DNA of 64,000 nt from an uncultured Eubacteriales bacterium (GCA_964525875.1 CAZGJS010000002.1:118577-182576); one strand, 5' to 3'; shown: positions 26,864-37,296, counted from the stretch's first letter. Program-made: numbers and translations. Notes: generated by a model not told the origin, from the letters alone.

Positions 26864-29587
26864 CTAGTACCGCGGATCCTTGAGAACGGAGGCGGACGCG
26901 GTCTGCGTCTTGCCGTCGACCGAGAGGACGAACCTGTATTCGCCGGGTTGAACGGGGAACGAAGCGGAGGCCGTCTGTTCGCGCCGGCCGGTCATGTTCC
27001 AGAAGGCCTTGTTCAGCCCGACGTCGGCCGTGCCCTTGATCTCGTTGAGCAGCATGTTGCCGGCGTAGACCTGGAGCTTCACTTCGCCCTTCGGCTTGGC
27101 CTTGAGGCTGTAATAAACGACCATTCCCGCGGGCTCGCTCTCGCCGGCGAAGTTCGAAGAGCCCGATTCACGCCGGTTCGTGCCGACCCAGCGGACCTTG
27201 GATTCGATCGCGAAAAGGTGGACGTCCTCGGCCAGAACCTCGGATGTGAGCTCCTGGAGCGGCTTGATGTCGGCGATATAAGCGCCCCGGCCGTGCGTCG
27301 CGACGATGAGGTCGGCCTCCCTCGGATGGACCTTGAGATCATGGACGGGTTGAGTCGGCAAGTCGTTTTTCATCTTCATCCACGACTTGCCGCCGTCGAT
27401 CGAGACATACACGCCGAAGTCCGTCCCCGCGAAGAGGAGGTTCGGATTCTTGACGTCTTCCCGGACGACGTTGACCGGCCCCTCGGCGAGTCCCCCGGCG
27501 AGGGACGTCCAGGTGGCGCCGTAGTCTGTCGTCTTGTAGAGGAACGGGCGGAAATCGTCGTTGCGGAGACCCGTATAGCTAACGTAAGCCGTCCCCGGGT
27601 CGAAGTTCGAGGCCGCGACGCGACTGACCCAGTAGCCCGGATTTCCCGCGATCTTGTCGTTGAGCTTGGTCCAGGCCTTGCCGTTGTCCCGGCTGACCCA
27701 GACGTTTCCGTCGTCCGTGCCGGCCCAGAGCAGGCCGGGGACGAGCGGCGACTCATCGAAGGTCGTGATCGTGCAGTATTGGATATTCCCGTCGCCGCCC
27801 TTGCCCTCGACCGTGAGCTTGGCCGGGTCGTTCGTCGTCAGGTCGGGGCTGATCTCCGTCCAGGACTCGCCGCGGTTCAAGGACATGACGACGATGTTGC
27901 CGCAGTGATAGACCGTATCGCTGTTATGGTAGGAGACATGGATGGGGGCGCACCAGTTCCAGCGCGTTTCGGGTTTCAGCCGCTGGTAGGCAATGCCCTT
28001 GGCCTCCCCCGTCACGAGGTCGATCCGGGTGAGGGGCCCGAACTGGGACTCGTTGTAAAGGTAACGGTTCGTGGCCCGGTCGAAGACGTTGTACATTCCG
28101 TCTCCGCCGCCGACGCTGAACCAATCCTCGAGGCGGATGGGCGGCCCGGGCGGGATGCCGCCGCCGGTCACGCCCCGCCTGCCGGAGGGACCGGCGCCGG
28201 GCTTGGTGCTCGGCCCCAAAAGAGAGCCGTTGTCCTGGAGGCCGCCGGCCACCCTGTAGGGATAGGACATGTCGAAGTCGATGGCGTAGAACTGGGCCAG
28301 GGAAAGGAAATCCGGATGATACCAGTTCTTGCCGCCGTCCCAGGTCACGCCCAGCCCGTGGTCGTAGCCGAGGAGCATGTGGTTGCTGTCCTCGGGGTCG
28401 ATCCAGAGGGCGTGGTTGTCGCCGCCGAACTGGAAAGGCGCGATCCACGTCTTCCCGCCGTCACGGCTGGCCAGGACGCCGACGCTCAGGATGAAGACGT
28501 TATCGTCGTTCGTCGGGTCGATGATGATCTGCCCGTAGTAATAACCCGGCGCGCCGCCGATGCTTCGCTTGTCCGGGCTGACTTTGCGCCAGGTCGATCC
28601 GGCGTCGTCGGTGCGATAGATCTCCCCGTCGATCATGCCCTGGCTCGTCTTGCCGTCGACGATTTCCTTCCAGCGGTCCTCGGGAGACATGCCCGGCTTG
28701 TTGGCGTTCTCGACCATGGCGTAGAGGACCTTCGGGTTCTTCGGGGAAATGGCCAGGCCGATGCGGCCGAGGATGCCGCCGGGAAGGCCGTTCGTGAGCT
28801 TTGTCCAAGTCCTGCCGCCGTCGGCCGTCTTATGGACGCCGGAGCCCGGCCCGCCGAGCTGGAACGTCCAGGGCTTGCGGAGCCGGTCATAGGAGGCGGC
28901 ATAGAGCGTCTCCGGGTCGGCCGGGTCCATGACCAAATCGACGACTCCGATCGTCCGCCCGGCGGCGGCGACGTCGAGGACCTTGGTCCACATGATGCCA
29001 CCGTCGGTCGTCTTGTAAACGCCGCGCTCGGCGTTTTCCGAGTAGAGGTGGCCCAGGGCGGCCACGTAGACGATGTCGGCGTTGGCCGGGCTGATGACGA
29101 CCCGCCCGATATGATGGGATTCCTTGAGACCCATGTTGCGCCAGGTCTTGCCGGCGTCGGCGGACTTGTAGACGCCGTCCCCCCAGTAGGTCGAGCGCGA
29201 GTTGTTGGCCTCGCCCGACCCCAGCCAGAGGATGTCGGGGTTGGACGGGGCCACGGCGACGTCGCCGATCGAGAAGACCTTCTCGTTCTCGAAAAGCGGT
29301 TCGAACGTCTGACCGTTATTCTCCGTCTTCCACAGCCCGCCCGAAGCCGCGGCCGCGTAGAACGTGTTCGGCCGCTGGAGCGGGACGGCGAAATCGACGA
29401 ATCGGCCGCTCTGCTGGGTCGGCCCGATGGAACGATAATCAAGAGTTTTCAGGATCTCCGCGACGTTGAGAGGAGCCGCGACCGGTGTCCTGGCCTTGAC
29501 CACGACCCGCCCCTGGGACAGGACGCCCGACGGAGCGATCATGAGAAGAGCCATGACCAGAGCTGCGATAGTGAGCTTGCGTATCAT
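26864..29587 (-). CDS. secreted BNR/Asp-box repeat beta-propeller protein (sortilin/VPS10-like)
   Basis: Signal peptide plus at least 9 Asp-box motifs (SADAGKTW, TTDGGIMW, TADGGRTW, TDDAGSTW, SRDGGKTW, WDGGKNW, SRDNGKAW, TTDYGATW, SIDGGKSW). 907 aa. Confidence 0.75.
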   Translation of the reverse strand: MIRKLTIAALVMALLMIAPSGVLSQGRVVVKARTPVAAPLNVAEILKTLDYRSIGPTQQSGRFVDFAVPLQRPNTFYAAAASGGLWKTENNGQTFEPLFENEKVFSIGDVAVAPSNPDILWLGSGEANNSRSTYWGDGVYKSADAGKTWRNMGLKESHHIGRVVISPANADIVYVAALGHLYSENAERGVYKTTDGGIMWTKVLDVAAAGRTIGVVDLVMDPADPETLYAASYDRLRKPWTFQLGGPGSGVHKTADGGRTWTKLTNGLPGGILGRIGLAISPKNPKVLYAMVENANKPGMSPEDRWKEIVDGKTSQGMIDGEIYRTDDAGSTWRKVSPDKRSIGGAPGYYYGQIIIDPTNDDNVFILSVGVLASRDGGKTWIAPFQFGGDNHALWIDPEDSNHMLLGYDHGLGVTWDGGKNWYHPDFLSLAQFYAIDFDMSYPYRVAGGLQDNGSLLGPSTKPGAGPSGRRGVTGGGIPPGPPIRLEDWFSVGGGDGMYNVFDRATNRYLYNESQFGPLTRIDLVTGEAKGIAYQRLKPETRWNWCAPIHVSYHNSDTVYHCGNIVVMSLNRGESWTEISPDLTTNDPAKLTVEGKGGDGNIQYCTITTFDESPLVPGLLWAGTDDGNVWVSRDNGKAWTKLNDKIAGNPGYWVSRVAASNFDPGTAYVSYTGLRNDDFRPFLYKTTDYGATWTSLAGGLAEGPVNVVREDVKNPNLLFAGTDFGVYVSIDGGKSWMKMKNDLPTQPVHDLKVHPREADLIVATHGRGAYIADIKPLQELTSEVLAEDVHLFAIESKVRWVGTNRRESGSSNFAGESEPAGMVVYYSLKAKPKGEVKLQVYAGNMLLNEIKGTADVGLNKAFWNMTGRREQTASASFPVQPGEYRFVLSVDGKTQTASASVLKDPRY

Positions 29588-29622
29588 CGAAGGACCTCCT
29601 TAGGGTTTTGTATGGGTTACGG

Positions 29623-30744
29623 CTAATTGTCCGCAAGTTTATAAACGACGTTCTTGACGGCGAGCTCGGCCAGGACCGCTCGGAACGACGCTTCGTCGTC
29701 CCCGACGAATTCGGGCGGGCAGACGCCCTTGCGGCCGAATTTCCCGGCCAGGACGAGGCGCGCAACCGCCGTCGCCGGAAAACCCGTCGTCCGGGCCATC
29801 GAGGAGAATCCGGTCGTTCTGTCCCGCCGGTCGAAAAGGCCGTAGGTGTACCGCTTCGGACGACCGTCCTCCTCGCCCTCGACGATGATCCGCATGATCG
29901 TGAACTCGTCGTCCTCTTCATGGAGCCGCCAGTGCTTGAAGAGGACGGCCGAGGTGACGTCGAGAGGCCGGACGCTGCGGCCGCGGACCTCGATCTCCTC
30001 CCCGCCGAAGAAGCCGCTGTCGCGCAGCGCCCTGATGTGCCCGACGTGACCGGGATAGCGGAGGGTCTTCTCGATCATGTTCGGGACTTTCATGGTCGCG
30101 AGGAGCGAGCGGAGGCCGTCGGAGTTGAACGCCTCGAGCGTGCCGATCTCGGAGAAATCCATGTTCTCGACGTCCGAGAGGGCGGGCTTGACGACCACAT
30201 GGCCGTTCTCGACGTAGCGGGCCGGCCGGGTGTATTCCTCGATGACGTCGGCCGGCGAAAAAGGCGCCTTGTATTCGAACGGGAATTCCCTCAGGAACGG
30301 CAGCCCCCCGACATAGCATTGGAAGCGTCCGACCGACATCCGGGCGGCGTGATAACCGAGGATCATGTTGCTCATCCCCGGAGCGACCCCGCAATCGACG
30401 ACGGCGGTCACCCCGGCCTTCCTGGCGGCGTCGTCGAGGAGGAAGGCGTCCTCGGGGAAAAAGGAGATGTCCACGATGTCCTTCCCGACAGCAATGACCT
30501 CCCGCAGGGTGGCGAAGCCCATGGACCCGGGCACGGCCCCGACGACGAGATCGCATTCGCGGACGACGTTCCGGACGGCGGCGGCGTCCGATAAGTCCGC
30601 CTGCAGCCGTTTGACCGGGGTTTTTTTGAGCCCGTCCAGGTTGGCCGGACTGACATCGACGGCGGTGACCTCGAAGTCCGCGGCGAGGTCGGCGGCCATG
30701 ACCCGGCCGACCATTCCCGAACCCAGGACGACGATCTTCTTCAT
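29623..30744 (-). CDS. saccharopine dehydrogenase family oxidoreductase (NAD(P)-binding)
   Basis: N-terminal Rossmann motif KKIVVLGSGMVGR. Length and C-terminal region typical of the saccharopine dehydrogenase / carboxynorspermidine dehydrogenase family. Confidence 0.7.
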   Translation of the reverse strand: MKKIVVLGSGMVGRVMAADLAADFEVTAVDVSPANLDGLKKTPVKRLQADLSDAAAVRNVVRECDLVVGAVPGSMGFATLREVIAVGKDIVDISFFPEDAFLLDDAARKAGVTAVVDCGVAPGMSNMILGYHAARMSVGRFQCYVGGLPFLREFPFEYKAPFSPADVIEEYTRPARYVENGHVVVKPALSDVENMDFSEIGTLEAFNSDGLRSLLATMKVPNMIEKTLRYPGHVGHIRALRDSGFFGGEEIEVRGRSVRPLDVTSAVLFKHWRLHEEDDEFTIMRIIVEGEEDGRPKRYTYGLFDRRDRTTGFSSMARTTGFPATAVARLVLAGKFGRKGVCPPEFVGDDEASFRAVLAELAVKNVVYKLADN

Positions 30745-30849
30745 GGGATCTCCTCGAGAAGTCCTTGAGTGGAATACTATATATCAGGAGAGTCGCGTAT
30801 TCAATCCCCTTCGTGGGATTCGATGGACGTAAGTCCGTGGAGCTTCATC

Positions 30850-31983
30850 TCAATAAGCGCCGCCCGCCTCGGCGGCCTCGCCGAGGACGAGGACGTTCTC
30901 GCGGGGCGTCCGGGGGGCGATCGAGCAGGCCGTGCTGAGAATGTAGCCCCCGCCCGGCTTCCCCGTCGCGACACGGCGGAGGGCGTCCGAGCGGACGAGT
31001 TCCGTCGATCCGGAAAGGAGGACGTTGACGGGGTCGATATTTCCCTTGATGAAGACCTTCCCCCCGATGCGCCTCTTGGCGTCGGCGAGGTCCACGCGGC
31101 CGAGGGGCGGCGGGTCGAGACACTCGATCCCCGAAGTCCCGGAGCCGGCCATGAGCTCGAGCCGGTCATGGATGTCGCCGCAGGTGTGGATGTAAGCGCG
31201 GGCGCCGCGGGCTTCGATGGCCCGGACGATGCGCCCCTCATAAGGAAGGACGAAGGCCCGGTAGAAGGCCGCCGACAGGAAGCCCGCGCCGGCGAACGGT
31301 GAGGAGATCTTGACGGCATCCGCCCCTTCATCGACCAGCCCTTCGGCGACGGCGACGATCCCATCGGTGAATCTCCCAAGAACCTGGGCGGCTCGACCGG
31401 GGTCCTCGAGGAACCCGATCATGGCCTGTTCGAAGCCGAAGAGGTCGAGGAAGTAATCGAGGGGCGAAGTCACCTCGCCGTGGATGGAGAAATCCCCTCC
31501 AGCCTTGCCCCGGACGATGGAGATGGCGTCGAAAAGATGCTCCGGATCGAGGGCGAACCGGAGCCCCTGAGAAACGGGGATGTAGGCGGCTTCGGCCGGC
31601 AGGGATTCGGGATCGAACCGGCCGAACTCCGGCCGGACGGGCGGCCTGGCGGGTTGGACGACGGGGAGGTCGTCGAACGGGAAGAACGTCGTGTCCCCGT
31701 TTTTCCAGCGAACGCGCTCTCCGCCCGGCTCCTGTTCCACGGCCGCGACGCGGCGTTCCCAGCCGGCGTCATGGCCGTGAAGGCTGACCAGGATACCGTC
31801 GAAGCCGTAGAGCGACCTCATCTTGACGAGACCGTCGGCGAAGGCGTCTGCCGCGTGCCAGAAGCGGGACGGCTCGGTCCCTGTCTGCAAGAGCATGTGC
31901 CCGATGCTCATTTGGCACATCACCGGCACGCGGTCGGGAACGGACCCGGCCATGGCCGCAGCCATTCTCTCTTTCGGCGTCAT
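30850..31983 (-). CDS. uroporphyrinogen decarboxylase (URO-D) family protein (MtaA/CmuA-like)
   Basis: URO-D-like fold features (RVPVMCQMSIGHM, YIHTCGDI). Start chosen at the internal ATG (MTPKERM) with GGAGGA upstream. The tracked ORF extends to 32076. Confidence 0.6.
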   Translation of the reverse strand: MTPKERMAAAMAGSVPDRVPVMCQMSIGHMLLQTGTEPSRFWHAADAFADGLVKMRSLYGFDGILVSLHGHDAGWERRVAAVEQEPGGERVRWKNGDTTFFPFDDLPVVQPARPPVRPEFGRFDPESLPAEAAYIPVSQGLRFALDPEHLFDAISIVRGKAGGDFSIHGEVTSPLDYFLDLFGFEQAMIGFLEDPGRAAQVLGRFTDGIVAVAEGLVDEGADAVKISSPFAGAGFLSAAFYRAFVLPYEGRIVRAIEARGARAYIHTCGDIHDRLELMAGSGTSGIECLDPPPLGRVDLADAKRRIGGKVFIKGNIDPVNVLLSGSTELVRSDALRRVATGKPGGGYILSTACSIAPRTPRENVLVLGEAAEAGGAY

Positions 31984-32093
31984 CGGTCCTCCCGCGCCGG
32001 GGAGGATAGCCCCGTTTCCGGCGCCGGTCAAGGGCCGGGGTTTACATTTCGCGGCCCGGACGCTATCATAACCCAAACGACCAAAGGTAAAAG

Positions 32094-33224
32094 ATGATCA
32101 GACGCTCGTCCTTCCCCTCCGTCCTGATGATATGCGCCTGTGTCCTCGCGCCGTATCGCGCGTCCGCCCAAGACGTCCAGCCCGGGGGTGCCGAAAAAGA
32201 GACCAAAAACTCCAAGGACGCCTTCAAGGCCCACCTCATCGCCATCCCCTTTATCTATTACTCCCCCGAGACGAAACTCGCGTTCGGCGGCGGCGGCGTC
32301 CTCAATTTCCGGGCGGGACGCAACAAGGAGCAGACCCGAGCCTCCACCGTCTGGGCCTTCGGCAGCTACAACCTGGCCAGGCAGTTCCAGGTCGTGGTCA
32401 AGCCCGAGATCTACTTCGAGCGCAACCGTTTCTTCCTGAGCGGCAACATCCGTTACGAGAGGACTCCCCAGATATTTTTCGGCGTCGGCAACGACATGCC
32501 GTCGACCGCCGAGGAATCCTACACGCCGCGGATCATGACCGTTCAAATGGGCGTGAAAAAGAAATTCCTGGGGCACCTATTCGCCGGCGTCCAATATGAT
32601 TTCGAGCAGATGACGATGGAAAGCGTCGAGCCCGGCGGCATCCTCAGTTCGGGGAGCATCACGGGAAGCCGCGGCGGCCTGCTCTCCGGCTTCGGGGTCA
32701 GTCTGGACTGGGACACCCGCGACGGCGTCCTCTACCCCCGCAAGGGTGTCTTTTTCCAGCTCACGGCCGACACTTACGGCGCCATGACCGGGAGCGACTT
32801 CGCGTTCACCAGCCTCAAGCTCGATTGCCGCGAGTATTTCCTCGTCGCGCCCGACCAAGTCCTGGCTCTCCAGGCGTACTTCAGGTCGAACTCCGGAGAG
32901 GTCCCGTTCCATAAACTCGCCTTGCTCGGCGGGGAGTCCCTCATGCGCGGCTATTACAAGGGCCGTTTCCGGGACAAGGACATCCTGGCCGTCCAGGCCG
33001 AATACCGGGTCATGGTGACGAAAAGGATCGGCGTCGTCGGGTTCGCCGGTCTGGCCGACGTCTTTCCCGACTTCTCGGAATTCGATCTCAAGACGATCAA
33101 GTATTCCGTGGGCACCGGCGTCCGCTACATGGTCAACAAACGCGAGGGCACGACCCTGCGTATGGACATGGCCTGGGGCAAAGCGAACTTCGGTCTCTAC
33201 TTCACCGCCCAGGAAGCCTTTTAG
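32094..33224 (+). CDS. outer-membrane beta-barrel protein (Omp85/surface-antigen D15-like barrel only)
   Basis: Signal peptide, alternating-hydrophobic beta-strand pattern and C-terminal aromatic residue (ends ...YFTAQEAF). Motifs resemble the Omp85 barrel (GVRYMVN, RMDMAWG). Confidence 0.6.
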   Translation: MIRRSSFPSVLMICACVLAPYRASAQDVQPGGAEKETKNSKDAFKAHLIAIPFIYYSPETKLAFGGGGVLNFRAGRNKEQTRASTVWAFGSYNLARQFQVVVKPEIYFERNRFFLSGNIRYERTPQIFFGVGNDMPSTAEESYTPRIMTVQMGVKKKFLGHLFAGVQYDFEQMTMESVEPGGILSSGSITGSRGGLLSGFGVSLDWDTRDGVLYPRKGVFFQLTADTYGAMTGSDFAFTSLKLDCREYFLVAPDQVLALQAYFRSNSGEVPFHKLALLGGESLMRGYYKGRFRDKDILAVQAEYRVMVTKRIGVVGFAGLADVFPDFSEFDLKTIKYSVGTGVRYMVNKREGTTLRMDMAWGKANFGLYFTAQEAF

Positions 33225-33239
33225 CCGGAAACGACGCGG

Positions 33240-33692
33240 CTATTTCGGGAGTTCCGACGTGCAATGCGGGCAGCGGACCGCCTTGAGCGGGACGGCCGTG
33301 GCGCAGAACGGGCACTCTTTCGTCGTCGGGGCCGTGGCGGGGGCCTCGGCTTTCCTCTTCATCCGGTTCATGCTCCGGATCATCATGAAGAGAGAAAAGG
33401 CGACGATGATGAAGCTGATGATCTTATTGATGAAGGCGCCGTAGTTCAGCGTGACCGCGCCGGCCTGCTGGGCGGCGGCGAGCGAGGCGTAGGGGCCCGG
33501 TGTTAGCCCGGCCGTCAGGAGCACGTAGAGGTTGGCGAAATCGACTTTGCCGAGGAGCAGTCCGATCGGCGGCATGAGGACGTCGGCGACGAGCGACGTG
33601 ACGATGGCCCCGAAGGCGGCGCCGACGATGATGCCCACGGCCATGTCCAGGACCGAGCCGCGCATGGCGAATTCGCGGAATTCTTTGAACAT
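33240..33692 (-). CDS. mscL: large-conductance mechanosensitive channel MscL with C-terminal zinc-ribbon-like tail
   Basis: [25 protein letters not shown] (MscL TM1 signature). A C-terminal extension has CPFC...CPHC. Confidence 0.85.
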   Translation of the reverse strand: MFKEFREFAMRGSVLDMAVGIIVGAAFGAIVTSLVADVLMPPIGLLLGKVDFANLYVLLTAGLTPGPYASLAAAQQAGAVTLNYGAFINKIISFIIVAFSLFMMIRSMNRMKRKAEAPATAPTTKECPFCATAVPLKAVRCPHCTSELPK

Positions 33693-33747
33693 TCTTCCCT
33701 CCTCACCAAATATTTCTACCCATTTTTAACGAAATCTGCGATGCCTG

Positions 33748-34327
33748 TCAATCTTTGACGACCGGGAACGTGGAGATCCGCAGGCGGGCACAGCCCATGG
33801 GGATGAGCTCGACCTCCTCGATCGGGCCTTCCCCAGCGGCGGGGCTCGGCGGAAGCCCATGGCGATGTTGACGCCGTGGTAAAACGAGCTCTCGACTCCG
33901 TCCTTGTCCCGTGCGGGCGTGAGGATGGGCGAGGTCGAGGAGGAATCTCTCTCCCGTCCGGTTATAGAGCCAATAGACGCTCTCCAGGTTCTCCCCTCCC
34001 CTAAGCTTCTGCCAGCTTTCCGGCAGGAGGTCTTCGGCGGCGAGATGGAATTCGAACTGGAAATAGCGGCTCATGTGGGACAGAACGCGGCTGGAGCTGG
34101 GCCATGAGCCAGCCGCGCGGCTCGACCGCTCCGACCGGCAGCTTGACCAGAGGGCTCACGGCCAGGGGGGATCTGTTGGAGGGATAGTGGACGTTCGGCG
34201 CGGCGGACGGGGGGACGTCCACGGTCGTCGCTTCTTGGAGTCCCGTTTCAGGCGCGGCCGGAGAGCCGAGCCGTGATTGGAGGAATACGAGCGCCAGGAG
34301 GAGCGCCGGGATGAACAGATGTTTCAT
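33748..34327 (-). pseudogene. decayed gene for a secreted protein (signal-peptide N-terminus plus frameshifted and truncated body)
   Basis: ORF 34001..34327 starts with a signal peptide (MKHLFIPALLLALVFLQS). Its body continues in another frame (ORF 33748..34074). A third frame then reads DKDGVESSFYHGVNIAMGF before returning to ...PIEEVELIPMGCARLRISTFPVVKD*. That makes at least two frame changes, and the total length is only about 190 codons. Confidence 0.4.
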
Positions 34328-34360
34328 GGAAGCCCTCCGCCGGGCCCTTTCTCGGAGCTC

Positions 34361-36217
34361 TTACCAAGCAATGCCGTAGTCCTCGCCGTAGTTGCTGCTG
34401 CCTCCCCAGAACGTGCCGTGGGCGCGGTCGAAGAAAATGGCGTTGATCGGGCCCGAGGTGTATTTCTTGACGGACAAAATATACCCCATGGCCCGGAGCT
34501 TTTCCCGGACCTCACTCGAGACTGTTTCGTTGACGTCGAGCTTCCCTGGAAAGGTCTTATGGTCGTTGAAGGAATCATGCATCTGGTAGCTCGTGATGTT
34601 GGCCGCCTCGCAGGCCTGCTGGACGTTCATCCCGAACTCGACCATGTCGAGGAAGAATTGGAGGAGGTTCTGGTCCTGGGTGTCCCCGCCCTGGACGGCG
34701 AAGGAGAGAAAAGGCCGGCCGTCTTTGAGGGCCAGCCCCGGCGTCAGCGTCGCCCGCGGCCTTTTCCCGGGCGCGATGACGTTGAAAGGGTTCTTCCACT
34801 CGTCGAGGACGAAGCTTTGGGCCCGCTGACTCATTCCGACTCCCGTCCTGCCGGCGATGACGCACGGGATCCAACCTCCGCTGGGGGTCACGGAGACGAC
34901 CCATCCTTCCTTGTCGGCGGCCTGGATGGACGTCGTCCCCGTTCGAAAGGCCTCCTCGACGGCGGCCGCCTCATCGGGGCCGAGCGCCCCGGCCTCTCCC
35001 CTGCCCCACTCGGGCCAGCGGTCGAGAAAGCCTAGATAGGGGTTGCTTTTCCCCTCGTAAGGGTAAGGATCACCGGGTTTGATATCGGGGTCGTTCTTGT
35101 CGCCCTGGATGAGCTTGGCCCGGTCTTTAGCGTAGGATTTTGACAGCAGGCCGCGGAGGGGCTCCTGCGGCGGAAAATAAGGGTCGCCATAATAGAAATC
35201 CCGGTCGGCGAAGGCCAGGCTCATGACCTGGTAGAGGGTATGGATGTAAGCGGCGCTGTTGTAGCCCATGGACTTGAGGTCGAACGTCTCGAGCATGTTG
35301 AGGGCCTGGAGCATGACCGGACCCTGCACCCAGCTCGTGAGTTTGAAGACTTCGATGCCTTTGTAATCGGTCGACACGGGCTCTTCGAGATGGACCTTCC
35401 AGGCGTCGAGGTCCGCCATGGTGATGAGGCCGCCCTGCTCGGCCGAGCCGCGGACGAATTCGCGGCCGATGTCACCCTTGTAGAAGCGGTCATAAGCGGC
35501 ATAGATCGCCTCTTTCCGGTTCTTGCCGGCGGCCCGGGCCCGCCGCTCGGCGGCGATGAGTTTTTTCAGGGTGTCGAGGAGGTCCGGCTGGCGGAAGAGC
35601 TCCCCGGGATGTGGCGCTTCGCGCGCCTTGCCGGGATGGGGCAGGAGAACGGCCCGGGAATAGGGCCACAACTTGATCTTGTCCTTGTCTTTTTCTATCC
35701 GGTCGCCGGTTTCCTTGTCCATGGGATAGCCTTCGGCCATCCGGAGAGCGGGTTCGAGGACCTCTTCGAGGCTCATCGTCCCGAATTCGGCCAGCATCGT
35801 AAAGAGGCCGCCGGGAGTGCCGGGAGTCACGGCCGAGAGGACGCCGTCGACGGGCGGGTACTCGAAGCCCTTGGCCTTGTAGAACTCGGCCGTCGCGGCC
35901 GCGGGGGCGACGCCCAGGGCGTTCAGACCGATGACCTTCTTCGTCTTGGGGTTGTAGATGAGGGCCTGGGTCTCGCCGCCCCAGCTCAGGACGTCGTACA
36001 TGGTGCAGACGGCGCCGAGCATGGCGCAGGCCGCGTCGACGGCGTTGCCGCCCTTGGCGAAGACGAGCGCCCCCGCCGTCGCGGCCAGCGGCTTTCCGGT
36101 GATGGCCACCCAGTTTTGGCCGTGGAGGACGGGTTTCTCCGTCCTCTGGCCGGATGATAGCCCGACCCAGAGCAAGAGACACGCGATGAGAACGACCGTC
36201 ACAGCATGCTTTTTCAT
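34361..36217 (-). CDS. ggt: gamma-glutamyltransferase family protein (Ntn hydrolase)
   Basis: Signal peptide, then the catalytic-Thr region FRTGTTSIQAADKEGWVVSVTPSGG and conserved GGS-like motifs. Start at the second ATG (MKKHAV) with AAGGA upstream. The tracked ORF starts at 36238. Confidence 0.8.
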   Translation of the reverse strand: MKKHAVTVVLIACLLLWVGLSSGQRTEKPVLHGQNWVAITGKPLAATAGALVFAKGGNAVDAACAMLGAVCTMYDVLSWGGETQALIYNPKTKKVIGLNALGVAPAAATAEFYKAKGFEYPPVDGVLSAVTPGTPGGLFTMLAEFGTMSLEEVLEPALRMAEGYPMDKETGDRIEKDKDKIKLWPYSRAVLLPHPGKAREAPHPGELFRQPDLLDTLKKLIAAERRARAAGKNRKEAIYAAYDRFYKGDIGREFVRGSAEQGGLITMADLDAWKVHLEEPVSTDYKGIEVFKLTSWVQGPVMLQALNMLETFDLKSMGYNSAAYIHTLYQVMSLAFADRDFYYGDPYFPPQEPLRGLLSKSYAKDRAKLIQGDKNDPDIKPGDPYPYEGKSNPYLGFLDRWPEWGRGEAGALGPDEAAAVEEAFRTGTTSIQAADKEGWVVSVTPSGGWIPCVIAGRTGVGMSQRAQSFVLDEWKNPFNVIAPGKRPRATLTPGLALKDGRPFLSFAVQGGDTQDQNLLQFFLDMVEFGMNVQQACEAANITSYQMHDSFNDHKTFPGKLDVNETVSSEVREKLRAMGYILSVKKYTSGPINAIFFDRAHGTFWGGSSNYGEDYGIAW

Positions 36218-36262
36218 TTGCCCATCCTTTTTACACATTGGGGTTTGGCGCCATCGAACGTA

Positions 36263-37207
36263 TTAATAGACCCGGTCGAGGTTATAATGGAAGCCCACAG
36301 TGATGCCCCTTCCGGAACAGCCGAGGACCGGGACCAGGCGCTGTCTCCGGGTGTGGCTGCGCACGACCAACCGGGCGACGAGGTGGCCGATGACCGCCCC
36401 GACGAAGACATCGGACATCCAATGACAGTCCTCGGTCACGCGCGACAGCCCCACTCCGGCGGCGATGGCGTAGGCGAGGACCGGCACCCAGGGCCGGTGG
36501 CGATACTGTAGGGCTACGACTGTCGCCACGCTGAAGGCCGTGGCCGAGTGGCCGGACGGGAAGGAGTCGTAGAAGCCTTCGTAGTCCGGGTCGTAACGTT
36601 TGAAAAACCCGGCCGGCCCGGCCCAATGGTCTTCCCCGTCGGCGGCGAAGGGGCGCTGCCGTCCGCTCATCCCCTTGATGAAGTGGTCGACGAGAAACGT
36701 CTGAACGATCGCGCTGGCCGCGAGGTACCCCGTGTCTCTCGCCCGCTCGTCCTTGAAGATGAGCCCGGCCCCGAAGAAAATCCCCGCTGTCGCCGCCGCG
36801 CCCAAAGCCCCCATCCGCGTGATGACCGGGCCGACGTCCTGCACCCAGACGTGCCCGTCGGCGTAGCCCTTGAAGCCATCGCGGATGTCCTCGTCGGCGG
36901 CGATGAGAAAGCCGGCGGCCGCGGTCAGGAGGATGAGCGGGGCCACGTGCCGCTCCTTGATGCGGAAGGGCGAGCTCCAGATCCGGCCCGCGTCTTCGAC
37001 GAAATCCCGCGCGGGCTTTTTTAGAACGGGAGAATTTTTTGTTTCGCCGGGACGGCCGGCAGTCTCATTCGCGGCCGGCGGGTCTTTTCCGGGCGTCTCC
37101 TGAGCGGCCAGATGAACGGCGAGAAGGAACAGGATGAGCAGCGCCACCATCGCCGAGCGGATATTTTCTCTCGACCTCATCGTCTTCGGCCCGATTATAC
37201 ACCACAT
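36263..37207 (-). CDS. PAP2 family phosphatase (phosphatidic acid phosphatase type 2 / haloperoxidase fold)
   Basis: Three PAP2 motifs: KGMSGRQRP (KxxxxxxRP), PSGHS, SRVTEDCHWMSDV (SRxxxxxHxxxD). Signal/TM N-terminus. An alternative start 27 nt downstream is possible. Confidence 0.75.
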   Translation of the reverse strand: MWCIIGPKTMRSRENIRSAMVALLILFLLAVHLAAQETPGKDPPAANETAGRPGETKNSPVLKKPARDFVEDAGRIWSSPFRIKERHVAPLILLTAAAGFLIAADEDIRDGFKGYADGHVWVQDVGPVITRMGALGAAATAGIFFGAGLIFKDERARDTGYLAASAIVQTFLVDHFIKGMSGRQRPFAADGEDHWAGPAGFFKRYDPDYEGFYDSFPSGHSATAFSVATVVALQYRHRPWVPVLAYAIAAGVGLSRVTEDCHWMSDVFVGAVIGHLVARLVVRSHTRRQRLVPVLGCSGRGITVGFHYNLDRVY

Positions 37208-37296
37208 CAGATCTTTCTACCCGCAAAAAATGCGTTATGCTATAATACGCGTCTTTGCCGGGGCCGCTGTCGAAGGCGGAAGGAGAATGGTCGCCC

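Noticed and set aside
26948-29626. 892-aa plus-strand ORF.
   Set aside because: It is antisense to the BNR/sortilin-like gene and has no motifs, so it is a GC artefact. The same reasoning applies to 37909..39660, 47273..49138, 50950..52449, 54485..57178 and 57613..58932.
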